This document shows positions 22,501 through 35,587 of a stretch of 64,000 nucleotides of DNA, one piece after another. The stretch's first letter is position 1. The number at the start of each line of letters is the position of its first letter. Under the pieces are notes generated by a model. The model saw only the letters and a list, made by a program, of their open reading frames with translations. It was not told the origin of the DNA and searched no databases. This stretch comes from Macrostomum hystrix (lineage: Eukaryota > Animalia > Platyhelminthes): assembly GCA_950097015.1 (NCBI GenBank), contig CATNEN010000003.1, positions 3,162,001 to 3,226,000 on the forward strand. Reading direction: 5' to 3'. Made by a program: the position numbers and the translations under genes.

Positions 22501-25500
22501 AGAGAGAGGGAGACTGAATATTTGAGATATTCTGCAATTGTCGCTACCAGGGGACACGTGCCACAGTCTATAGTTTAGCAAGCCATTTAACTCAAAGAAG
22601 GCGGCTTCAAAGCGAGCAAGTAGAATATCGTTTCGAAGAAAAACCGGAGCAGTTTTAGCTTGAAACAAAGCTAGTTTCGAAGGAACTTTTTAGTACTGAT
22701 CTTGATCGAGACGATGGAGCGTCAGAAGAGGTCGCCTCAGGAAGCTGGAAGGCGACGCATCATTGTGACCAGTGACCCTCTGCTCAGGGCCTATTATGAG
22801 AACAATCTTGAACGCATGGGCGCCATCATTCGCGAGGATCCGGCCGAGATGGAGCGCCTGTTGGACCAAGTCAATCCGCTGGTCTGCCTGGCCGCCAAAG
22901 AGGATCGCGACGAGGTTCTGGGCCTCGTCAACTCCCTGGGCGGTCGGCTGGATTTGCACAACGCCGAACAGATGACACCGCTGCAACTGGCCGTGATGCA
23001 CGGCTGTCTGAAGGCCACAAACTTTTTGACTTACCTGAAGAGCAGCGATTTAAACGAGCCTTATCCCAATGGCGACTTCCTGCTGCACAGGGCCTGCGTC
23101 ACAGGCAAGCCAGAGCTCGTGACGCAACTAATTCGCATCGGCGCCGATCCCAATCGGACCAACGCCCAGGGCCTGCTGCCGTTGCACAAGGCCTGCGAAG
23201 AGGAGAGCGTCGCCATGGCTGCCGCGCTGCTACCCAAGACCGACAACGTGAATGTGGCTGGAGCAGAAGGACGTACAGCGTTGCACATCGCGGCTGCCAA
23301 CCAATCGTTGGCCCTCATCAAGCTGCTGCTGGCTTACAACGCTGACATCGACAAGTACGATAGGAATAAGGAGTCACCCATCGACATCATCATCCAGATG
23401 GGCAACAAGAACATCCTGGTTGGTCTGGCGAACTTCCTTGACAGATCTGTCACTGGCAGCTTCCTGTCCTTCAAAGAGTTGGACGACAACTCCGAGTTTT
23501 CGACTGTCCTTCAGTTTATCCAGACAATCGACAACGAGATCACGCATCCGACGGTTACGAAAAAGCAGGAGGTGTCCGAGGAAGAGGCGTCTCGAATCAT
23601 TGGCCGGATCGCCACGGAGGAGAAGACGGACTTCATGGAGTTCCGGTCGATGCTCAAGACCATTGCCTATGGCGGCCTGTCTCAGCGCATCCTGGAGCAC
23701 AAGGTGGTGGACAAACTGGCTGTTGCCGTCTGCAAGCAGGTCCTCTTTCGAGAGGACGCCGAGATGTTGCGCCTCATCGTGTACAACACCGGCCTCTGGC
23801 CTGCCATCAGGTCCTCACTGGAGGAGGACATATTCGTTCTGTACGAGACCTGCCAGGAGATTGGCTCAACCGGCATGGTCGGCCTGATCAAACACGAGAC
23901 CTTCGACTCTGACGAGGAGATAAATATAGACGACTTTTGTCGCTTCATAGCCCAGGTGTCCAACCTGCCGACGCTGGACGTCAGCCGTGAGAAGCAACGC
24001 GACGAGTTTCTCAAGGATCCGCTGCAGTCGCTGACTCTCTGGTCCATCCTAACCGGCCGATTTGAGCTCACCGAGGACCTGCTCAAAACCGAGCAGTTCG
24101 ACATCATCCCGATGGGTCTGATGTGCGCCGGAATTCTGCGCAACATCCGTTTCCGACCCGAGATTCCATCGCCAACTAAGAAGATCATGGAAAATGTCGC
24201 TGAAAAGTGCGAGAGCGTCGCTGTGAAACTTCTGCGCAGCATCACGGAGTACGACACCTCAGACAACAAGGTGGTCAGCATCCAGTACATGCGCTGCCCG
24301 CTGCATCCGTATAGCGACAAGTCAGCGATCGATCTAGCCGCATCTGGTCAGTCAGAGTCTTTCATCACAATGCCCAGTGTGCAGAGCGCTCTCGACATGG
24401 AGTGGTACGACCGGCTCTACAAACTGCCCTGGCTACTGCGCCAGTTCCTCGTCCTAATGGCCGTCATTCCCTACAATCCCATCGTGGGTTTAATCCTTAT
24501 TCGATTGGAGAAGAAGCGCGCGGAAGAGAGGCGATCTAAGGCCCTCGATGAAGACAATGACGAAGATAAAGAGGTGCGTCTTACTCCATGTTTTCCAGGA
24601 TTTTCTAGAAGTTTGTTATAATTAAATATTTAATAACAGCCAACCAATTACAGGTCAGCGGCGTCACAATGGGTTCCGAGGCTCGCAAGCGCAGCACCAA
24701 GGACAAGCCCGAGGAGGACCGCACGGGAGCCGGCGAGAGGCGCAAGAAAATGAGACGCAACCTCACAATGCAGCAGTCGGACGACGTTGCACTAGAAGAC
24801 AAGCCGTCGCAATCGAAGGACCAACCGCAGCAGGCGGACATGGAGATGCTCCGATTGGACTCAAGATCGTCCCTACTGTCGGGCGATCGCAGGCCGCGCG
24901 GCAAGCCGGGCCGCTCGGACGAGGAGCCGTCAAAACGCGAGAACATCTTTGCGCAGTCGTTCCACGCGATGAACAAGCTCTACAACACGCCGTGCGTGAA
25001 ATTTCGCTTCCACGTCATGTCGCACATCATCTTTGTGCTCATCTTCTCTATCGTGATGGTGGCCCAGTTTCATTACAAACCGACGCCGTTAGAAATTATT
25101 GTCTACCTGTTTTTATGCGGATTTCTGTTGGAGGAGTTGCGTGAAGCCAACATGGGCTTGAACTCGGGCACAATGTCTTCCTACCTATCGGACGGATGGA
25201 ACATCATCGACAATACCGCCATTCTGCTGGGCATTGTAGGCTTTATCTTACGTCTGTTTCGCATCAACACAACGATGACTACAACGGACCTGTACACCTT
25301 CACCGATAGCTTCTGGTGGTGCGCGCATCTCACGCTGGCTCTCAGCTGTCTGCTATTCTGGATTCGCCTGCTGTACATCAGCACAGTGCTTGAGAGTCTG
25401 GGACCAAAGCTGAAAATGATCTACATCATGATCATTCGAGACTTCCTGCCGTTCCTCATCATCCTGTCCATTGTGATGTTCGGCTTTGGCATCGCTATGC

Positions 25501-28500
25501 ACGGACTGCTCTTCCCCAACGGATACGCCATGGACAACAAGACACCTCTGAGCGGTGCCGAGATCTTCCAGCGAATGTTCAAGATCACCTTCTACGCAAT
25601 GGTTGGCGACTACTCGCTGGACTTGATCCAGGGCACCGACTGCAACAATGAGACCACTAGCAAGCCGTGTCCCCACCCGCTGGGCAAGATTGTCGTGCTC
25701 AATATGATCATGGTGGTCTACATCGTCATCACCAGTGTCCTGCTGCTCAACCTGATCATCTCCCTGTTCAGCAAGACGGTGGAAGAGGTCGACAACAAAT
25801 CCTTCGCCCTGTGGCAGTTCGAGCGCTACAATCTGGTGCACGAATTTCACATCCGGTTCCCGCTGCCGCCGCCGTTGAACATCCTTGGCAGCGTCTTCAA
25901 GCGCATCAGCAGCATCTTTACGCGCTTCAAGGCCAGAGGCCGGCAGGGCCGGGAGAAGCTGGCCCGCGGCTTCGAGAAGGCGTCGGTGTTTCACTTCCTG
26001 CTCTATCAGGCCTTCAGCCTGCGAAAGCGTCGCAAATATCTTCAGGGCGACGTCGAGATTGAAGACATCGACAAGATCATCGGCGAGATCAACACCAACG
26101 TGAAGATTATGAACGCAGAAATCGTTAATCTAACAAAGAAGGTCACGGAGCAGAGGGAGGAAGAGGAAGACGAGGATTGAATGAGTTTTACAGGATGAGA
26201 AACTTTGGTTTATTTATTCCATTTATTGATCCTTTTACTGTACAATTTATTAATTGGTTGATAAAAAATATTTTTGTTAGAGGGCCGAGGGCACTGACAC
26301 ATTCCTGGGTGACTGTAGACCCGCAGCCAGCGAGAGGCAGTTCTGCTCATTGAATTCTAATGACTCTAGAACACTCACTCACACAGGTTTTGTACATCTG
26401 CCCTGACTTTCTCATCGTCAGTCAAGTGTACACTCTCACTTTGCCTTGGGAGCTAGTAGCGCGACAGGCCCCAGCATACAAAGCCATCTCTCTGCGGCTG
26501 CCTCGCTTTCGATTACCCGCACCAAAATTAAATTATAAACAGGTAAAATACTTTTGATTTAAGCATATTGCTCTTAGGCCATCGTCCTATTTCGTACAAT
26601 AACTTTATTCATCCTTGACATAAGTGTCATTTAAAAATGTCACGTTTTTTTTAGATTTTTCAAACTGCTTTCAGGTTTAACTACTTCTAGTAACAATTAT
26701 AACAAGTATTTTTCTGTATGTTAGGCACTTATACTAAGCTACCACCAATTTTTGTTGAGTAATTAAACAAAGATGTTTTAGATTTCATTCTCAACTTTGT
26801 ATTATTTGCTTGCGAACTGAAAAACTAGAAATAAATCGAAAATTTAATCTTTCTATGCGAAAATTTCCTCTCATTCATTCAAGAAATGTGTGTACCTCTG
26901 TACAAGTACCAGCCATTTTAATTTTGAAGGATTTAAATCTACATTTTATCGTCAGATAGTTATCTAGCCAATCCCTATTGGATGAAAACTGATAAAAATG
27001 TTATGTCACTGTGAAACAGAACGACTCACCTGAAAGTCCAACAGGCTAATCTGTGACTGCGGATTCTTGGAAACTGCTGTTAGGATCGCATAGCAACCGG
27101 ATGTTTGCATTGGGTTGCGGCCCATCTGGAAAGTATACAGGATTTCAATAACTCCACTTGAGTATCTGGCACTCTATTTCAGTATCTGTCACTCTATTTC
27201 AGTATCTGTCACTCTATTTCAGTATCTGTCACTCTATTTGAGTATCTGTCACTCTAATTGAGTATCTGTCACTTCAGTTCAGTATCTGTCACTCTATTTC
27301 AGTATCTGTAACTCTATTTCAAGTATCTGTCACTCTATTTCAGTATCTGTCACTCTAATTAAGTATCTGTAACTCTATTTCAAGTATCTGTCACTCTATT
27401 TCAGTATCTGTCACTCTAATTAAGTATCTGTCACTCTAGTTGAGTATCTGTCACTCTATATCAGTATCTGTCACTCTAGTTGAGTATCTGTCACTCTATA
27501 TCAGTATCTGTCACTCTAGTTGAGTATCTGTCACTCTATATCAGTATCTGTCACTCTAGTTGAGTATCTGTCACTCTATATCAGTATCTGTCACTCTAGT
27601 TGAGTATCTGTCACTCTATATCAGTATCTGTCACTCTAGTTGAGTATCTGTCACTCTATATCAGTATCTGTCACTCTAGTTGAGTATCTGTCACTCTATA
27701 TCAGTATCTGTCACTCTAGTTGAGTATCTGTCACTCTATATCAGTATCTGTCACTCTAGTTGAGTATCTGTCACTCTATATCAGTATCTGTCACTCAAGT
27801 TGAGCATCTGTCACTCTAGTTGAGTATCTGTCACTCTATATCAGTATCTGTCACTCTAGTTGAGTATCTGTCACTCTATATCAGTATCTGTCACTCAAGT
27901 TGAGCATCTGTCACTCTAGTTGAGTATCTGTCACTCTATATCAGTATCTGTCACTCTAGTTGAGTATCTGTCACTCTATATCAGTATCTGTCACTCTAGT
28001 TGAGTATCTGTCACTCTATATCAGTATCTGTCACTCAAGTTGAGCATCTGTCACTCTAATTAAGTATATGTCACTATAATTGAGTATCTGTCACTCTATA
28101 TCAGTATCTGTCACTCCAGTTGGGTATCTGTCACTCTAGAATAAAGTTATACGTTTTTATGAGATTTTAGAATATTTAACTCCAATTAGCTTAATCTGTC
28201 AAACATTCCCAGGTCACTCACCCTCAGAATTTTCAGCGTGCTATTCAAAGTGAGTCCTTTGCCAAACAGAACGGCACCCTCTGTGGTAATGCGATTGTTT
28301 CTGCAAACAGGTTATTTGAATAAGTGAAATTATTTTTTTTCTTTTCTGTTTAGATACGATGCATCAACACACAAGACCATCAGAAGAATGGCCCAAAGAA
28401 TCCCAGAGAATCTCCCATAGAATCCCAAAAAATATCCCAGAGAATCTCATAGAATCTCCCATTGAATCTCCCACATAATCCATAGAATCTCCCATTAGAA

Positions 28501-31500
28501 TCTCCCAGAGAATCTCCCATAGAATCTCACATAGAATCCCATAGAATATCCCACAGAATCTCCCATAGAATATCTCATTGAATATCCCGAGAATCTCCGA
28601 TTAAATCTACCATAGAATCTCACATAGAATCTCCAATAGAATATCCCATAAAATCCCATTAAATATCCCTGAGAATCTCCGATTGAATCTCCCATAGAAT
28701 CTCACATAGAATCCCATAGAATATCGCAGAGAATCTCCTACAGAATCTCCTATAGAATCCGATAGAATATCCCAGATAATTTACCATAGAATATCGCATA
28801 TAATCCCACAGAAAATCCCATAGAATCTCCCATAGAATTCCATAGAATCCCATAGAATATCTCAGAGAGTCTCCCATAGAATCTCTTACTTCGTAGAATC
28901 TCTCATAGAATCCCTATGTCATACTAATCCTATTAACCAGAACAGCATTTCCTTCCTTTTAGACAAATTTCTAAAAGGTCGCAATCATTCTCAGATAAGT
29001 CCATTACACTAGGTAAAGAACAAGCTAAATTTACTCACGAAATATTCAGCTCTTCTAGGCAGGCGTTGACTTTTATGGCCTTGCTCAACTCCTGCATGCC
29101 ATAGGTTGGCCCAAATCCGTTGAAACTCAAATCCAGCAGCTTCAGACCGCTGTTGGCCTTGAATAGAAGTGGATTGAAATTATTCTAAAGGCTCATACAT
29201 CATGTTTTTAGATTATCTGGTGATGATTTCTATGGGATCTTATGAAAGATTTGGGATTTGGGATTCTCAGGGCAGGGGCATATATCTGTGGAGATTTCCT
29301 GAAAGATTCCTTGTAAGATTCTCGGGGAGATTTCCTGGAAGATTCCCGGGGGGAGTTCCTGGGGGATTCTCGGAGCGATTTCCTGGGAGATTCGCAGGGA
29401 GATTTCCATGGAGATTCCTTGTTAGATTTCACGGAAGATTTTCTTGGAGATTCCTGGTAAGACTCTCTGGGAGTTTTCGAACGGATACTTTTGGGGCATT
29501 TTCTGGGACTCTCCGAGGGGATTCTCTGAGGGGATTCTCCGATGAGATTCTCTGAGGGTATTTCTTAAGGTGATTCGCTGAGCGGATTCTCGGAGGGGAT
29601 TCTCTGAGGGGATTCTCAGAGGGCATTCTCCGAGGGGACTCTACGATGGGATTCTCTGAGGGGACTCTCCGATGGGATTCTCTGAGGGGACTCTCCGATG
29701 GGATTCTCTGAGGGGATTCTCTCTCCGATGAGATTCTCAGGGGTTATTTCTTAAGGTGATTCGCTGAGCGGATTCTCGGAGGGGATTCTCTGTGGAGATT
29801 TATCGAGCGGTATTCTGAGGGCCTTCTCAGAGGGAATTCCTTGAAGGGATTCTCCGATGGATTTTCTAGAAGAAAAGTCTAAAAGAATGATGATTATATT
29901 AACTCACCGCCAGGCCCTCAGCAATGCCCTTGGCTCCTTTGGCCCGAATGTGATTCCAGCTCAGGTTGAGTTCCAGCAGGCTGCTGTTCTCAACCAGCGC
30001 TTTGCCGATTGTGAAGCCACCAAGCTCGGCGAAATTATTCTGCGACAGATCCAGACGATGAAGAGTGGCCGTGTTCTGCAATTGATGCAAAACCATATTG
30101 GCTATTAGACAATTCGCTCTCTGAGCGATTTAAATCAAAAGGATTTCGATTGGTGGATAATGTCTGGCTTGATTCTATTTTTAGAAATAAATTTTTGGGC
30201 AACCTTGTGTATTATACATCCACAACCCCAGCCGGTCTTTGACAATCAAATTTCCAATTCCAATCCTACTATTAGACATTTTAGTCATTCTTAATTGTCG
30301 TAGGATTACTCCATTGCTCTTAGCAAATCAGAATCGACAGTAGCCAATGAGAATCGGCTGTAACCAATGAGAATAAGAATCCACAGAATCGACTCTAGAC
30401 AATCAGAATCGGCTCTAGACAATCAGAATCGGCTCTAGCCAGTCAGAATCGGCTCTAGCCAGTCAGAATCGACTCTAGACAATCAGAATCGACTCTAGAC
30501 AATCAGAATCGGCTCTAGACAATCAGAATCGACTCTAGACAATCAGAGTCGACTCTAGACAATCAGAATCGGCTCTAGCCAGTCAGAATCGACTCTAGAC
30601 AATCAGATTCGACTCTAGACAATCAGAATCGGCTCTAGCCAGTCAGAATCGACTCTAGACAATCAGAATCGGCTCTAGCCAGTCAGAATCGACTCTAGCC
30701 AGTCAGAATCGACTCTAGACAATCAGAATCGACTCTAGCCAATGAGAATCGACTCTAGACAATCAGAATCGACTCTAGACAATCAGAATCGACTCTAGCC
30801 AATGAGAATCGGCTCTAGCCAGTCAGAATCGACTCTAGACAATCAGAATCGACTCTAGACAATCAGAATCGGCTCTAGCCAGTCAGAATCGACTCTAGAC
30901 AATCAGAATCGGCTCTAGCCAGTCAGAATCGACTCTAGCCAGTCAGAATCGACTCTAGACAATCAGAATCGACTCTAGCCAATGAGAATCGACTCTAGAC
31001 AATCAGAATCGACTCTAGACAATCAGAATCGACTCTAGACAATTAGAATCGAATCTAGCTAATCATAATCGGCTTTAACTAATCAAAAGCTCAAGCCAAT
31101 CAAAATCTGCTTTAGCCAATCAGAACAGGTCTTAGCCAATCAAACTATAAGTATCTAGATAAAGGTTCCTCGCAATCCGTACCACGATCAGATCGGCAAA
31201 GAATTGGCTGCATCGATCGTCGAATTCATTGCCCCTCAGGCAGACGCTGGTAATTTGCGTGTTGGCGGTCAGGACCTCGCACAGCGGCTTGGCCACATCC
31301 ATTCCCAGCTTATTATCGGACAGGTCAATCTCGGTGATGAAGCAGTTCTCGCGCAGCATAGCAGCAACCTGCAGAGCTCCGGCAGTGCCAAGCCAGTTAT
31401 CGCCGAGGTCGAGCCTGGTGACGGTGGAATTCGAGGCCAAGGAGGCGCATAGGGGCTTGATGCCACCAGCGCCGAGGCCGTGATGCCGCATGTCGATCTC

Positions 31501-32750
31501 GGCGTCGCCGATGTGACGCAGGTAGTAACTGGCAGGTACAACACTGGCTGCTTTGCACAGCTCAATGTACAGGGTTCGACCCGAATGATCGTAGGCCGCG
31601 TGCTCGGCTGCATGGTGAATTGGCGGTGAATTTCTGTTATTTGGCATCAGCAATAAATCTGCTATCGAATCCTGATTGGCTGATTTCAAGGTCACGACGT
31701 ACTTGATGTAATACTGGGTTCCCCACAAATTGTTACTATAAATAGCAACAACACTCGGATCACACTCCAACCGTTTTTAGCCAATCAAATTTCATACAAC
31801 GATTATGGTATAAAGTTATGAAGTTTTTAAAATTAATACTTTTTTTAAAGCAGTTGTTTTTATTTGTCTTTTGGATTAAATTATAACGTTTACGTGTCCT
31901 ATTTTTAGCAAAAATCAAGTATCCTCTGTTATACAATTTAACATTATTTGAAAATAATCACGAAAAGAATGGAAAAAGTACATCTTGAAAAAAATTGTGC
32001 ACTAATCATTTTTTGTGCGCAGAAAGGAAATTTAGTGTGCATTGTGCATTTTACTCGTATTATAATGATGATTTTGTGTCAACAGGATTGTTAATGACTT
32101 ATTAATCAGTTAATGTGTCTCTTTTTTAAAGTACGAATAATCAATCAAGATTCGCAATAAAATACTTCAAGAAGTACATTTAGCAAAACTCTTAGAACAT
32201 CAATAAATTGAAAAAAAACTGATGCAAAAACAGTACAGCTGCCGCTTGTCGATAATTACTTACCGGTAACTCGAACTTTAGCTAGAAAATATTGAAAACA
32301 AAATATTCAATTGCTGCGATTAACTACGACGTAAAAACTGATATTTAGATATTTATGAGTTTACATGTAACTATATATATAGAGCTCAATGGTTTTAAAC
32401 TAAACGGATTTTCAGAACAATTTAGGCGGGTTATTTAAACTAAAACTTAACCTACTAATTTAAGCATTGTGTTATTTGTAAGTTGCAAAGCATTGCGCTT
32501 AGATCAACAGTGACTCACTTTTCTCCTCCAGATCCGTGTCATACCCGTTGTCGTCTGCGATGTCGTCGAAGCCGAATTCCTGATCTTCCTCCGGCGAGAG
32601 TACAGCGACTGCTGCACCGGCTTTCTTCGAATGTTGATGCTTGCGGTGATGATGAAGGCGGGATTCCGCTTGATCCTCACGCAGATCCTTGTGCTCATCT
32701 TCTTCTGCCACCGCTGCTTCCAGATTCTCCTCGGGGATGCTGCTAGCCAT
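16557..32750 (-). CDS. LRRC74A: LRRC74A-like leucine-rich-repeat protein with C-terminal EF-hands
   Basis: Exons 32750-32519, 32281-32264 (18-nt microexon), 31607-31183, 30075-29908, 29157-29039, 28300-28222, 27125-27030, 21352-21113, 18955-18870, 18176-18127, 16630-16557, all phase-compatible GT-AG. YDTDLE motif, YxxxC...VVPxSY, 28-aa RI-type LRRs (LxxLDLSxN), EF-hands FDKDRSMSVTREEF and LDKDGDGEINYRE. The last two exons are less certain. Confidence 0.85.
16870..17160. repeat. 21-bp minisatellite (GTGAGGTGGCTGTYAGATGGA)n
   Basis: About 13 tandem copies; a related array lies at 17680-17830. Confidence 0.9.
17680..17830. repeat. 21-bp minisatellite (GTGAGGTGGCTGTTCGATGGA)n
   Basis: About 7 copies; variant of the 16870 unit. 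Confidence 0.9.
19110..19980. repeat. 24-bp minisatellite (TGTCTAACAGGTTTCTATACCCCT)n
   Basis: About 30 tandem copies in an LRRC74A-like intron. Confidence 0.95.
20535..20935. repeat. ~41-bp minisatellite (TTCCCTACCCATAGACACACACCTCACTCCCTGTGCAATTW)n
   Basis: About 8-10 tandem copies. Confidence 0.9.
21428..21745 (+). mobile_element. Full-length tRNA-derived CORE-like SINE (family B)
   Basis: tRNA-like head with A box TAGCCTAGTGG and B box GGTTCGATTCC. Central TGTGTCCTTTAGCAGGACACTTAACTCTGCATTGCTTCAGTTCACCCAGCTGCTAAATGG resembles the MIR/CORE domain. (ATAATT)n tail; two further copies in the window. Confidence 0.8.
22714..26180 (+). CDS. Ankyrin-repeat TRP cation channel with TRPM-like pre-S1, transmembrane and TRP-box region, nested antisense in an LRRC74A-like intron
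   Basis: Exons 22714-24573 and 24654-26180 (80-nt GT-AG intron, phase 0), about 1128 aa. Possible extra 5' exon 22398-22452 spliced to 22694, with TATA at about 22367. Ankyrin repeats (TPLQLAV, LLHRAC, LPLHKAC, TALHIAA); TRPM-type LWSILTGR, AIDLAA...FI...VQSALDMEW, YNTPCVKF, YLSDGWNIID, LGPKLKMI, LLLNLIISLFS, WQFERY...LPPPLNIL; C-terminal coiled coil. Confidence 0.9.
26280..26530 (-). mobile_element. Truncated, degenerate copy of SINE family A
   Basis: AGACCCGCAGCCAGCGAG...TGTACATCTGCCCTGACTTTCTCATCGTCAG...CTCTCTGCGGCTGC is shared with the 47873-48240 copy (reverse strand). Confidence 0.75.
27160..28138. repeat. 20-bp minisatellite with 40-bp dimeric higher-order structure
   Basis: Alternating AGTATCTGTCACTCTAGTTG and AGTATCTGTCACTCTATATC units. 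Confidence 0.95.
28390..28910. repeat. Degenerate ~12-bp repeat (AGAATCTCCCAT)n
   Basis: Tandem degenerate copies inside an intron. Confidence 0.85.
29230..29870. repeat. Degenerate ~12-13-bp repeat (GGGGATTCTCTGA)n
   Basis: Tandem degenerate copies; roughly the reverse complement of the 28390-28910 unit. Confidence 0.8.
30340..31075. repeat. 20-bp minisatellite (AGAATCGACTCTAGACAATC)n
   Basis: About 35 copies filling an intron. Confidence 0.95.
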
Positions 32751-35587
32751 GTTCTGGGATATTTTTAACTCTGAAAAAGCTAAGAAATAGTCAATAATGA
32801 AAGAAATTATTGCGTCAGCAATAAATTCTCATGGATTGTTGCATGTGATTGTCTTTTTTCTGTTCTCACGATTCTCATTGATCCATTAAGTTGAGCTATA
32901 TATTGTCAATTACGATGAAAAAAAATTAATTTCTTTTTTAATTTAAAAAAGTATAAACAAAATAAAAAGCTCTATATATATTGTTTTTGTTTCTTTCCTT
33001 CATTTTAATCCTATTTATTAAGCAAGCTAGCTCTACTATTCTGTAAAAAAAGAGGAGCTAACTGAAAAACTTATATTCCATCAATATTAAAAATGCTTAC
33101 AAAATTCTGATCTGCTTAACTAAAAACAAGTTATTTTTCAGAAACAGTAAGTTTTTTGCTTAAATGTTTCTAACTTGAAGAAAACAGTTCTTGGTTGATT
33201 ATTATAATAAAATCATCAACATTCGAACCTCGGAATGAATGTCAACTAAACATTTTTGAAAGCCATACAAGAATGATACCAATGAGATCCATATTTTTTA
33301 ACTGTGGATTGCAACAATGAATCAGAACGAATTGTACAAAGCCTTCAAAAGCAAGACATATAAATTCCTCTTATCGACATGAACATGCAACAAAACTATT
33401 TTTAAAATCTGCAATTTTGTTCATTCTATGAACATCTGTTTCACACAAGTTTATTTCATAACTTTCAACACTGCAGAGACAAATAATCGATAAACATAAA
33501 TTAAGACCTAAGACTTGATATCTAGAGAACTGATTATAGCAGAAAAATACAAATACTTCTGCTCAGTTTCTTTTAAATTAAAAAGTATATATGTATTTTC
33601 GCATAATTTTTTATCCTTCTTAATGTAGCTAAGAGCCAAATAAACGACGGAGTCATTATTACAGAACCATACGCATACTTTTCAACTGATTTTCGTTACA
33701 CTACAAATAAATCACGCAATGTAACAGGCTTTAAAACAACTAAACATCTGAATTAGCAGCTATCTCTTTGTCTCACAGGAACAAAGTCATTAAAGAATAA
33801 TACTTAATTAATGAGATTAAGACATCTACATGATGACGTGCACTGAAACATCGGCATACATAAAAAAGTTCTTGCTAGCTAACTCAAAATTATATACCAC
33901 TCAAAACTTACTGCCAACATGTGCCAACACCTAGGTGTTTATATCCTCAAAATTTGTTTATAGTTAACTTTTAAATCCTGCTTACTTATAGCACTTCTAA
34001 AGCAGTAAGTATAAAATTATATGTCTTCTTTGTTTGTTAAGATAAATTTATAAAAGAAACACAAAACCGGAAAGGTAATACTCGTGTATTTGTCTCGAAA
34101 GCAAAATATTTTGTGTGCTATTACAAAACTTAATTTTCTCGAGGAAATATTTCCGAAAATGAAGCATACTTACCTCCGCTTGGAATGATGTTGAAAGCAA
34201 CAAAATATAGCTTTGTTTGTTTAAGGTGTAACTCTTAAATAACAATTGACATATCTACAAAAACTTAATTTATTATACTAGCTAGGCATAAAAAAGCTGC
34301 TGGACTCAGTTAGCGTGTTATAAAGAGTAGTGCTATATTTCAAGCAGTAAATTTTACATTGGTGTTGCTTTAGTTGTCGCGTCTTTTTACTTTTGGCTAG
34401 GTCTAAAGAACGTAAATAGCAAATTAAAGTATTTGCGTCCCTACTTTTCATAACTAAAATGCCGATGACTGTTCGAGCTAGATTTTTTCACTAAGTGCTT
34501 TGGTTTTATTGCTACCAACGTAGATAATCAAGAAATTTCAGTTAATTCTAGAGATTTTAAGGAAGAAAAGTTGAATCGAATCACATTCAGAATCTAGATT
34601 CATTTTGGTTCGTGCTCGGGGTTGAAAAGTTATTTCGTCTGGCGAGATATATGCATGCAGGACCCCATCTTTTCACATTCTATTTGAACATCGATCAACT
34701 GATTTTGCAATTTGAGTTTTCTAGTTTTATAAATAGGCTTTTTTGAAAGAATCAACTTCAAACCCAAAATTCAAAAGAACTCCTGCAAAAACTCTACAGA
34801 AGGCGCTCTTCGATAAGAGATCCGTTGCTATGCAAAATTTCCAATGAATTTCCAATGTACAATTGAAAAGCCTTTTACGCGTACTTAAGGTATCTAATGT
34901 GTATAGCTAGTATAGCTTCTACAATTCTTTCCAGCAATTTTCCATCCAACACCGACCAAAAGTTTTAAATGCGTAGCTTAAAATCGCTTGCGTACATTCT
35001 TGAGTTATATAGCCGAAACAACGAACCGATGAATTTCTAATGCGCCACTTGTAGCTCATGCTTTCATCCCACACGCAGCACGGGTTGCAAGCCTCCCTCA
35101 TCATTCCAGCCTCCATTCCCATAGCAGCACGCGGGTTAGTCCCAGCAGCTGTTGCTAGGGTGAAGCAATAGGGGAAGCACACGCGATAGAGGATGCTGCT
35201 GGTTTCTGGCAGCTTGTTCCCCATTCTCCCCTTTGTCTAACTGCAGTCCTCAACTCCTGTGGCCGTGCATGCAGCTCTGGCAAAAAGCCGCTTTTCTGCC
35301 ATCCCCACCCTGAAGAAGAAGAAAGAGACTCGCTTGTTGGTCGCCAGCCGCCTCCAGCCCCAACCACCACCCGCGCGGTTGTCAACCAAGCCACCGGGCG
35401 TCATAGCAACTAGGCGTCCCGCTTGAAGCGACACCCCCAAGCGACGTCCGATGAGGATAAAAGGAGCCCGCGGCCGATTCTCCTCACCGCGGCTAGGAAT
35501 TGAGACAGCAGCTTCAGTCAGGGCAGTCCTACAACAGCAAAGCAGCAGCTTATTTTTCTTTGCACAGTGGCTGATACAAAGAGTCTA

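Noticed and set aside
22690-25994. Several antisense and alternative-frame ORFs over the TRP gene
   Set aside because: Shadows of a GC-rich CDS.
31621-31770. N-terminal extension of ORF 31132-31770
   Set aside because: Probably intronic; the phase-compatible acceptor is at 31608/31607.
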